Positions 53,657-64,000 of a DNA stretch of 64,000 bases are shown piece after piece; the first letter of the stretch is position 1, and every line of letters begins with the position of its first letter. The position numbers and the translations under genes were made by a program. The DNA is taken from contig CM035353.1 of the NCBI GenBank assembly GCA_020137815.1, forward strand, positions 3,410,001 through 3,474,000, written 5' to 3'. The notes beneath the pieces are model-generated. The model was not told where the DNA came from. It worked only from the letters and a program-made list of their open reading frames with translations, and made no database searches. The stretch comes from Hormiphora californensis (lineage: Eukaryota > Animalia > Ctenophora).

Positions 53657-55201
53657 CAAATTCATTGCCATGTTCTGTCTCAGTGACCCCTATCTGAGGG
53701 GTAAATTCGTTGCCCTGTTCTGTCTCAGTGACCCCTATCTGAGGGGTAAATTCGTTGCCATGTTCTGTCTTAGTGACCCCTATCTGAGGGGTAAATTCGT
53801 TGCCATGTTCTGTCTCAGTGACCCCTATCTGAGGGGTAAATTCGTTGCCATGTTCTGTCTCAGTGACCCCTATCTGAGGGGTAAATTCGTTGCCATGTTC
53901 TGTCTCAGTGACCCCTATCTGAGGGGTAAATTCGTTGCCATGTTCTGTCTCAGTGACCCCTATCTGAGGGGTAAATTCGTTGCCATGTTCTGTCTCAGTG
54001 ACCCCTATCTGAGGGGTAAATTCGTTGCCATGTTCTGTCTCAGTGACCCCTATCTGAGGGGTAAATTCGTTGCCATGTTCTGTCTCAGTGACCCCTATCT
54101 GAGGGGTAAATTCGTTGCCATGTTCTAGTCTCAGTGACCCCTATCTGAGGGGTAAATTCGTTGCCATGTTCTGTCTCAGTGACCCCTATCTGAGGGGTAA
54201 ATTCGTTGCCATGTTCTGTCTCAGTGACCCCTATCTGAGGGGTAAATTCGTTGCCATGTTCTGTCTCAGTGACCCCTATCTGAGGGGTAAATTCGTTGCC
54301 ATGTTCTGTCTCAGTGACCCCTATCTGAGGGGTAAATTCGTTGCCATGTTCTGTCTCAGTGACCCCTATCTGAGGGGTAAATTCGTTGCCATGTTCTGTC
54401 TCAGTGACCCCTATCTGAGGGGTAAATTCGTTGCCATGTTCTGTCTCAGTGACCCCTATCTGAGGGGTAAATTCGTTGCCATGTTCTGTCTCAGTGACCC
54501 CTATCTGAGGGGTAAATTCGTTGCCATGTTCTATCTCAGTGACCCCTATCTGAGGGGTAAATTCGTTGCCATGTTCTGTCTCAGTGACCCCTATCTGAGG
54601 GGTAAATTCGTTGTAGTGTCTGACGGTGTATAAGGTCCAAATGAGGCACGGAGTTTTTCTGAATCAGCTTTTCAAGACGAATCCAACGCAACCGGAATTA
54701 GCTTTCTATCTTATCGGGAAGGTGTGGTTCACTTTTTTCATTTTTAGCCGCGCGAGCCAATCAGAGGGCTGGATTTCGAAATTCTGGCCTCTGATTGGCT
54801 CGCGCGGCAAAAATGACTAAAAATGAGCGTGAGTGAACCGAACCTTCCCGATAAGATAGAAAGCTAATTCCGGTTGCGTTGGATTCGTCTTGAAAAGCTG
54901 ATTCAGAAAAGCTCCGTGCCTCATTTGGACCTTATACACCGTCAGACACTAATTCGTTGCCATGTTCTGTCTCAGTGACCCCTATCTGAGGGGTAAATTC
55001 CTTGCCATGTTCCGTCTCAGTGACCCCTATCTGAGGGGTAAATTCGTTGCCATGTTCTGTCTCAGTGACCCCTATCTGAGGGGTAAATTCGTTGCCATGT
55101 TCTGTCTCAGTGACCCCTATCTGAGGGGTAAATTCGTTGCCATGTTCTGTCTCAGTGACCACTATCTGAGGGGTAAATTCGTTGCCATGTTCTGTCTCAG
55201 T
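53657..55201. repeat. 45-bp homogeneous satellite (about 26 copies) interrupted by a MITE
   Basis: Unit ATGTTCTGTCTCAGTGACCCCTATCTGAGGGGTAAATTCGTTGCC. Confidence 0.98.
54614..54951. mobile_element. hAT-type palindromic MITE
   Basis: TAGTGTCTGACGGTGTATAAGG TIR; perfect 8-bp TSD ATTCGTTG. Confidence 0.92.
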
Positions 55202-55789
55202 GGACACAGCTCAAGTCCTATACCATACGTAACGCGCCGAGCTATCCTGTGTATTGTGAGTGCGCGCAGTACGCATCATTGAGACATGAAAACGTGCTTT
55301 TTGTGTGCTGCAGGCGGCAAATACGAATTTCCTGTTATGTGAAGTTCTTCACAGTTCATATTTCTTCTGTACACTTTGTGTTTGCAGTTTTATTGCCCCC
55401 AAGGGCAGGCCCAGCCCCCAGGGGTGGTTTAATTTGTCTTGAAATTACCCCACATCTTGATCTCCATTTCTCTCTCAGTAATTACCTAAATTAGGTCTAA
55501 ATAGACATTACATTTTTACTTCCCTTATCTCAGTTAACACTCCTCCTCTTTCCATCTAAAAAATAAGTTTCCGAGTTCTCTCTCCCTTTGAAATATATCT
55601 CCCTCCTTTCCGCTCGTGTAGCTCACACCGTATATTATTTCATAAAATGTGTTTGTGTGTATCTGGCAATCCCTCCCTATTTCTCTCTAGTCCCTCCCTC
55701 TTTCTCTCGTGTCCCTCCCTATTTCTTTCTAGTCACTCCCTCTCTATCTCTAATTCATCTCTCGCTCTCCTCTTTGAAAGATTATGTCT

Positions 55790-58310
55790 CCCTCGTTCTA
55801 TCCTCTCTAATAGTTTCTCCTTCGTTGAACATAATGTGAGAAACTCCGTTGTTGATTTGACCGAATATGTTTGTTGAGTCGACTATTTATCAAGGCGACA
55901 CTCTGGCTCCGTGGCCAGTATGTATTAGAATATTGTTTCTCTCCCACCCCCTTTCTCACCATCTCTCACTCTCCTGTCCCCCTTACACATCTCTTCCCTT
56001 CAGTTTCTCTCGACGCTTGTTTTTTTCAGATTTGCCCCTTTAGTTAAACTATGTGTTTATCAGTTATATCTGCTATTATTATATTATTATATTGCCTCTA
56101 AACCGGCCGTACCACCCACACACCCGACACTTCACCATCTCATGCCTTGTTTTTTTCAGTCCGTATGTGTTTGTGACAGGATTGATCTGCCATTACCTTC
56201 CTAATGGTCTCAATAAAGATCTCGGCCTGTCCCAGGTCATTCAATCTCAGGAACATTTCTTTCTGGCTCCTGAGGTCATCTTCACCACTCTGTCCTGGAC
56301 CTGGCAACTGAGGTTACTATTACCTCGTGTCCTGCACTAGAAGACTGTACGTTGCTGTCCACTCCATAGGCAAGCGCAGTTGCTGAGATCAAGCTGTTAG
56401 TGATTCTGGCGTCCAGGATAGACCGTTTCAAATTTATCTGTTTGCATTCCCAAATGGCCTCAAGGTACTTAGCCACACCGTTTCCTCTTCAAACTGTTCG
56501 AACAAAATCGCCCTGAAATATAGTTTGAGTTAGACCCTAATTTAGGATGTCCACTCCGGTGCGAACGTCCATCCAGGTAGTACTGAGGGAAGGTTAGTTA
56601 TGGAATATTAGCTAAGCACTGCACACTAGGCGAGGTCCTCCTCACCCCAAGCTCCCCCTTTCAGTTTCTCTTATCAAGTTATTTTTCCCGCCATTACTTA
56701 CAGTAGTTGATTGGTAGATAACAGCCGGGTTATAGGCAGACTTAACTACAGTCTTAATTATCATAAAATACCGAACCACATTATGACATAATTTAATTAC
56801 TATTTTGCTTCTAATTCGGAGGCATAGTTTTCTAAACTCTTCTCTCATGATTTTTGCCACCGAGTTATCACGATCAGTTACAAAATCACCAATTTTTAGC
56901 CCTGAATGTCCATTATTAACTTACTTTAATATGGCCCTGCAATCTACAAGCCCGTCCTTCCAGTTTACCTGTCCCTGCTATCGCTCTTCTAGGCAGTATA
57001 AAAGTTTCTGGGACTTTCTCATTTCCCCTTTTGGGCCCATTAGGGAATATGTAGTATATCTTCCCATCTTTTTGTAGAGTCTACCGCCTCTTCCGTTTCT
57101 GTTGCCGGAATTTTCGCAAAGCTGGTTTCCTCCTCTGCACTGGTTGTTGAATCTCTGGTTTCCTGGTTCATTGCCTCATTTTAGCACCGGTACAGGAATC
57201 TCACCGTCTTCCTCTTCCTTTGCCAACTCAACAGCAGAGGGATTAGGGGACCAGTAAAAATACCCTCATCATAGTGCAGGTATGCTGTTCTTTATAGACC
57301 TCGTTCTACCCTCCCTCGTTCTACCCTCTCTAATAGTGTCTCCTTCGTTGAACATAATGTGAGAAACTCCGTTGTTCATTTGACCGAATTTATCAAGGCG
57401 ACACTATGGCTTCGTGGCCAGAATATTGTTTCTCTCCCACCCCCTTTCTCACCATCTCTCACTCTCCTGTCCCCCTTACACATCTCTTCCCTTCAGTTTC
57501 TCTCGACGCTTGTTTTTTTTTTCAGATTTGCCCCTTTAGTTAAACTATGTGTTTATCAGTTATATCTGCTATTATTATATTATTATATTGCCTCTAAACC
57601 GGCCGTACCACCCACACACCCGACACTTCATCATCTCATGCCTTGTTTTTTTCAATCCGTATGTGTTTGTGACAGCATTGATCTGCCATTACCTTCTTAA
57701 TGGTCTCAATAAAGATCCCGGCCTGTCTCAGATCAGGGTCATTCAGTCTCAGGAACATTTCTTTCTGGCTCCTGAGGTCATCTTCACCACTCTGTCCTGG
57801 ACCTGGCAACTGAGGTTACTTCTAGTCCGTGTCCTGCACTAGAAGACTGTACGTTGCTGTCCACTCCATAGGCAAGCGCGATTGCTGAGATCAAGCTGTT
57901 AGTGATTCTGGCGTCCAGGATAGGCCGTTTCAAATTTATCTGTTTTGCATTCCCAAATGGCCTCAAGGTACTTAGCCACACCGTTTCCTCTTCAAACTGT
58001 TCGAACAAAATCGCCCTGAAATATAGTTTGAGTTAGACCCTAATTTAGGATGTCCACTCCGGTGCGAACGTCCATCCAGGTAGTACTGTGGGGAGGTTAG
58101 TTATGGAATATTAGCCAAGCACTGCACACTAGGCGAGGTCCTCCTCACCCCAAGCTCCCCCTTTCAGTTTCTCTCGTCAAGTTTTTTTCCGCCATTACTT
58201 ACAGTAGTTGATTGGTATATATAACAGCCGGGTTATAGGCAGACTTAACTACAATTTATCATAAAATACCAAACCATATTACTATTTCGCTTCTAATTCG
58301 GAGGTCTAGT
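55790..58310. repeat. Direct duplication of about 1 kb (55790-56830 and 57312-58310); its left part is also present inverted at 53297-53650
   Basis: Near-identical mirror ORFs 56053/57549 and 56282/57784; 53297-53650 is the reverse complement of 55761-56051. Confidence 0.88.
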
Positions 58311-61024
58311 TTTTTTAAACTCGTCCGACCCGCACCACTCGTTGCCTTCGTACTTACGAGGCTCTCCTGAATTGTTAGTTCTTGTAACCTCTGTTGTTCA
58401 CACATATATTTGGAATTGAATCGTGCTATTTTTTCAATGCGAAGTATTTGCTGAGAGAATCTCGGCAACATCCACAATGGCCGTGGAAATTTCGGGCCTC
58501 GAAAGAGGACGTTTTCCTAATTCCGGGTTAGAGGACGACGTAATACCATGCCATGGCCATCTTCTCTCATCCTTTTTGCCACTGAGTTATTGCGATCAGT
58601 TACAAATTCACCAATTTTTAGCCCTTTATCCATTATTAGCTTCAAGATGGCCCTGCATGCCCGTTCTTCCAATTTACCTGTTCCTGCTATTGCTCTTCTA
58701 GGCAGTATAAACGTTTTTTAGGACTTTCCCATTTGGGCCCATTAGAGCCCCACTATCCTGGGGGGTGTCATCTGGGAATGCGACTGGTCCCCGACAACCA
58801 AATTTCCCCTCGTACACGTGGCTCTCATACGATTTTCCATGATTTTTCCTATACTCATCAGCGATGGAGATGGTAGAGGAAGTAGACTTTCTAGTTGTCC
58901 CGCTGGAAATTCAAAGTCGTCAAATAACTGGTCTTCCCGACTAGTGTCCCTTTTATCATCCCCGTCTCTCTCTCCAGCTGATTTCATAACTGGGCCCATA
59001 TATTCCTACACATAATGTTTTCTCGAATTCTCTTGAGTTCTTTCTTATTATTCTTGGCCTTCTGTCATACTTATCCTCAAGAAATCATATTTAATTATCA
59101 AATCTGTTCGGCATTCTGGGAATGTCTTATTGGAATTGAGCTCCCCCCAGAAGTAAACAAGGTGAACCTCGTCGCTTACAATGTTGTCTCTTTGCTTCTC
59201 TTCCTTCTCCGTTGGTTTTCTGCACAGGTGAAGATTCAACCAAACAGTTGAGACTTCTTGAACACCACTGTTACTCGTTGGAATTTCCAGGGAGTTGAAT
59301 CGCAGGAATAATTATCTTTTTATGCGGCGGTCATCCCTAGCTGCCCCGGTAAATCGGCTTTGACCCGACTCCATTATGCTGCCCAGGGTCTCGCAGATGG
59401 CCTCCGAAGCACACAAGTGATGAACCGGTTTGCCGAGGTCCGAGGCTCTGACCCTATATCTATGAGGTACCTCCCCTTGACCTGTCCAAGCTCATGCATC
59501 ATCAGATTCATGAAGTTCACCAGATTCATCATGCTCACTTCTGTGGCAGTGACTGCTGACATCTTGGATATGATGTCCAGGTCAAACTCGGTGGGTCTGG
59601 TGACCAGTACCACTCCTGGGATGATGAGGTTAGGAGTCCTGTCCAGTTTATATTCTCCTCGAAGTTCAGGAACCCCACCGCAGTGTCTGCCATGGCGAAC
59701 CCTCCATCCGGGTGCCTCTGGATAACATGATCCCTCGGTACTCACGGGGTTCTCCATTTTCTCTCCCTAAATATATGCAACTTTTCTTACACATAATAAC
59801 CTCGCTGGCAGAACATTCCCCACATGTCCATCGCTCAGCGAAGCCTAGCTGGTCCATTTTCTATCCCACCCATGTTAGCAGGACCCTCCCTACCCTTTCC
59901 CCACATGTATGATGTATAGGGCTCTGATGGTGGATTTAATGTTAATTATATGAACAATTGGACTGACAATCAGTTCATTAGTACACGACAATCAATGATA
60001 GTATGTTGACAACTTTCTTTATATATATCTCTAATAATAAGATGATACTGAACACTGGTATAAACTAACCGTTCCTCCAGGCTGCCAGCGCCTTAGACGT
60101 GGCAATATCTTCTGGTGTCCCTGAGAGCGGCGCAGCAGGGGGCCCACAAACCTAGAACAACGATGTGGCAAATGTGTCATGCAGTTGAGTGTTCCCCCCC
60201 CCCCTCTCTTCACACAATAACCTCGCTGGCAGAACATTCCCCACATGTCCATCGCTCGGCGGAGCTCGTCTATTTTCTATCCACCCATGTCAGCAGGACT
60301 CTCCCTGCCCCTTTCCCCACACGTACAGGGCTCTAATTGTGTGTGTTAATTACATTTAATGTTAATGATATTGGAATTACAATCAGTACATTAGTACATG
60401 ACAATCAATGATATTATTACTTTATTTATATGTTTCTAATTAAATAATAAGATGATACTGGATACTGGTATAAACTAACCGCTCCTCCAGTTTCCCAGTG
60501 CCTTCGCTGACGCTACGTCCTCAGGAGTCCGGCTCAGCGGCTCAGCCAATGATCCGGGGTCTCTTCCTCAATTGCTGGTTTCCTCGGCCTACCAACTTGC
60601 CTTTTTGGCCGATCCACAGTTTTTGGAAGCCTTGGTCGGCATCGTCTTCTTTTATCGTCTTCATTTCCAATCTCAGCGGCAGCTGGCCCCGGTGCTGCTA
60701 CAGCTCTCCCTACCGTTATTACTGTTTCCCACTCCCTATTCCTTTCTCTGACTGAAAACATTTTTGGGCTCAAGCTACTTTTGGCACAATCGGGAGAGTC
60801 AATATTGACCAGCTTCCGATTGACCACTAATTGTACCACCTCGTGCCCCATCCAGTACCCGTCCAGTCTCGCTCTCTATCTATACTATTATATATAGCTA
60901 GATTTCACTTTTATCCTCTGCCTCCTGCATAGGACACCTTGCAACAAAGACTAGTTCCATCATCCGCTAAAAATATGATGATATGTATATCAATTTACAG
61001 TATGAAAAACAAGATCGGTTTATA

Positions 61025-61941
61025 TTAGGTTGTCCCAGAAAGAATGTCGTGTCCCGTTTTCTCTAAGTTGGCCCATCGATTTCGATTTAAAACTTTTCTA
61101 GCTTGTTCATTTAACCCTTGACTCTATGAAACAAGTGTCTATTTTGAAAAAATTGATTTTCGACGCACCCTGGCGAACCCGGAAACAAGCCAGCTAAAAT
61201 TTCCGCTGAACGAGAAATATGCGCATGTTGAAAACACTGCTGTACTTTTTCCTGTGAGTGTCTGTAAGATATTACACTACCCCAAGCTTGTTTATTGGAC
61301 AATTCTCTATCGTTTGAGTGGTGGATGAAGACACAGGTCAAAATTGTTGCTGAGCTATGGAGCTCTGAAAATTTTTGCTCAAAATCTGAAATTTCCACTT
61401 CCGGGCCACTTCAGGGTTCATTGGATTGGTGTATTGACATTCTTTTTGCAGCTTTGAATAGTCCCGACTAAGCTTTTAGTCATAGCGATGTTGGCGATTT
61501 GATTTGGTAATGTTTGAAGATGAAATTTGGAAGTTTTTGAAAGTAGCCTAAAAACAGGTCAAAAACAGGGGTTAAATTTTGGATTTTTTCGCTTTTGCAC
61601 GGTATATTAGCTTTGCCTGACGCTTCCACAGGTTGCGTCGAGACTAAAATCGCATAGGTTCCTTAACTTTGGACAATTTGCTATCGTTTGGTGCCATTTG
61701 GAGTTCTAAAAACTCAAAGGGCATTATTTCAGAGACGTTTTAAGAATTGGAAAACCTCCGTTCAGCGGCACCTCGACTTTGGGTTTCAAAATACCGAATT
61801 ACGAACGAATGAAATGAGCATTTGAAATTTTGGACACGTTCCTGAGTTAGGAATATTGACAAGATAGAACTGGTTAGAAGTCTCTAACCCATGTATTTCT
61901 CCTAAAAATCGGTACACGACATTCTTTCTGGGACAACCTAA
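61025..61941. mobile_element. Mariner-like non-autonomous element
   Basis: TA|TTAGGTTGTCCCAGAAAGAATGTCGTGT...ACACGACATTCTTTCTGGGACAACCTAA|TA. Confidence 0.9.
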
Positions 61942-62879
61942 TATAAGCAATCTGTTGAAAGTTAATCAGTGAAAAAAATATGGTACACTTACGAAAAAAT
62001 AAAACAGTGAAGATAAAACAGAAAATATGATGAAAACAAGTAAAAAATGATATCTAACCTGAAAATATACGACGTTTTAACGGATTATATTAGCAGGGTC
62101 TATTCCTAAGGTCGCCCCGAACCCCGGCCTTTTACTCTCTAAAATATTCCGCACTTTGACCAACATGCAAACAAATGCTTGTCGTGTGTCCTTTTCTCAT
62201 CGTATCAAGTTCTAATAAACACCATCTTTTAGAAAATTTAATTCCGAGTTTGCTGGTGAAAACTAGGTTTAATTTGGAAAACAACAAGCAAAATGACAGC
62301 AAAAACCGCGTACGACTACCAAAATCAGTCACGTTACCCAAGCATTTTGTTTTGATTGTAGCTCAGGAACTAAAACCGATCTCAAAAATCGGCCACATGT
62401 CCCACCTAGAACTTTGTCTCATCTTTCCCGTGGTACCGGAGTTGTACAGATTGGGTCAATACCCATGATTTCTATAAAGAAAAACAACGAAAAAAGCAAT
62501 TTTGCTTCAAAATCACACTGCTCTCTCCTCCGAAATTAAGGTCGCCCCAAACGTTATTGCCTATGTATCTCTCCCACTCACTAGTTAACACCACAATCTC
62601 ACCAATCTGGTTTGGCTCTCGAGATGGGAGAGAATGTGAGAACAACGTAGCGAGGGAGAGAGATACATACCAAAATACAAAATAAGGTCGCCCCAGTACT
62701 ATATTCGTATGTATCTCTCTCTCTCCCCCACTGTCGAGATGAGTGAGAATATGACAACAACGTAGCGAGGGAGAGAGATACATACCAAAATACAAAATAA
62801 GGTCGCCCCAGTAGTATGTTCTTATGTATCTCTCTCTCCCTCACGACTTAACACCATGTTCTCACCGTGTAAGTTGCAT

Positions 62880-63920
62880 TTTTCCCTTTTCTCCTTTTCT
62901 CCCTTCTTTTTTTCCCCTCTTTTTTCTTTTTTTTTTTCCCCATTTTTTTCCCCCCCCTTTTTTTTTCCCCCCCTTTTTTTTTTTTCCCTTTTTTTTTTTT
63001 TTTTTTTCCCCCCCCCCCCCCCCACCCCCCTTTTTCCCCCCCTTTTTTTTTTTTTTCCCCCCCCCCCCTTTTTTTTTTTATTCTTTTCCCCCCCCCCCCC
63101 CCCCCTTTCCCCTTTTTTTTTCCCCCCCCCCCCCAAATTCTTTTTTTTCCCCCCTTTTTCCCCCCGTTCCCCGGGGGTCCCTCCCCCCCCCCCCTTTTTT
63201 TCCCCCCCAAACCCCCCCTTTTTGGGGGGGGGGCCCCCCCCGGGAAAACCCTTTTTTCCCCCGTCTGGAATTTTCCCCCCCCCTTTTTAAAGGGGGGGAA
63301 AAAACCCCCAAATTTTTACCCCCCCCCCCCACCCCCCCCCAAAAATTTTTTTTTCGAAAAAAAAAAAAAATTTTATTTTTTTTTTCCCCCCCCCCCCCCA
63401 AAAAGAATTCCTTTTCCCCTTTTTTTTCCCGGGTTTTTTAATTCCTTTTTTTTTAAACCCCCCCCTTTTTTGCCCCCCTTAAAAAACCCCAGGCCCTTTC
63501 TTCCCCCCCCCCCCCTTTTTTTTTTTTTCCCCTTTTTACCCCCCCCCCTTTTTTTTTTCCCCCTTTTTTTTTTTTTGGTCTGGGGGGAAAATTCCTTTTT
63601 TTTCCCCTTTGGGGGCCTTACCCCCCCGGGCCCCGGGGGGGGAAAACCCCCCCCCTTTTTTCCCCCCCCCCGGGTGCCAAAAAAAAAAAATTTTTTTTTT
63701 TTTTCTCTCTCTCTCTCCCCCCCCTTCCCCCCCCCCCTTTTTTCCCCCTTTCCCTCTTTTTTCCCCCTTTTTCCTCCTCCTCTCTTTTTCCCTCTCTTCT
63801 TCCACACACCCAACAACTCGTCACTCACCATTTTTGGAAAGGGGGGGGGGGAAAGACCCTTTTTTTAACCTCTAGAACGAAAAATTTTTTTTTTTTATTG
63901 AAATGAACTTTTTATTTTTT
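62880..63920. other. Homopolymer-dominated low-quality sequence (probable basecalling artefact)
   Basis: Abrupt switch to runs of C/T/G/A with no consistent period. Confidence 0.85.
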
Positions 63921-64000
63921 CAAAAAAGTTCGGTGAGAAACAAAATGGGGTGAAATAACTTTTAGAAACCTGAACTGTTCTCTTGTGGTCGTCCAATTTA

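Noticed and set aside
53657-55201. CRISPR array (also considered for 11752-12674)
   Set aside because: Head-to-tail identical units with no unique spacers, no cas genes, and a eukaryotic context.
62822-63875. Poly-Pro/Phe/Lys/Gly ORFs
   Set aside because: Translations of homopolymer-corrupted sequence.

Overview
Eukaryotic (animal) genomic DNA with spliceosomal introns, one 100-N scaffold gap and a corrupted low-complexity tail at about 62.9-63.9 kb. It is most likely a ctenophore: the CAGGAACCGACCGA MITE family, nested intronless GPCRs and AG acceptors just before start codons suggest Pleurobrachia (inference from recalled patterns, not a search). The left half holds six tightly packed minus-strand genes: TAF1B-like, enolase, TTI2, a 261-aa ORF resembling the terminal-protein/vOTU part of a Polinton DNA polymerase, MRPL23 and CCDC166-like. 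Two tandem GPCR genes are nested in a 10.8-kb CCDC166 intron, and a divergent 7-exon SLC7 cationic amino-acid transporter lies on the plus strand. Tandem repeats repeatedly copy or abut splice sites. 33.7-41.2 kb is a nested TE stack: a Merlin-like MITE containing a near full-length LINE and a 1.3-kb Transib-like palindrome. 43-61 kb is a mosaic of reused modules, short ORFs (including a multi-TQT protein and a KolX/P2X7-ballast-like ORF), TE remnants and a 45-bp satellite. Many single-base insertion frameshifts in conserved genes are probably consensus errors. All gene models and family calls are hand-made from translation and recalled family motifs.
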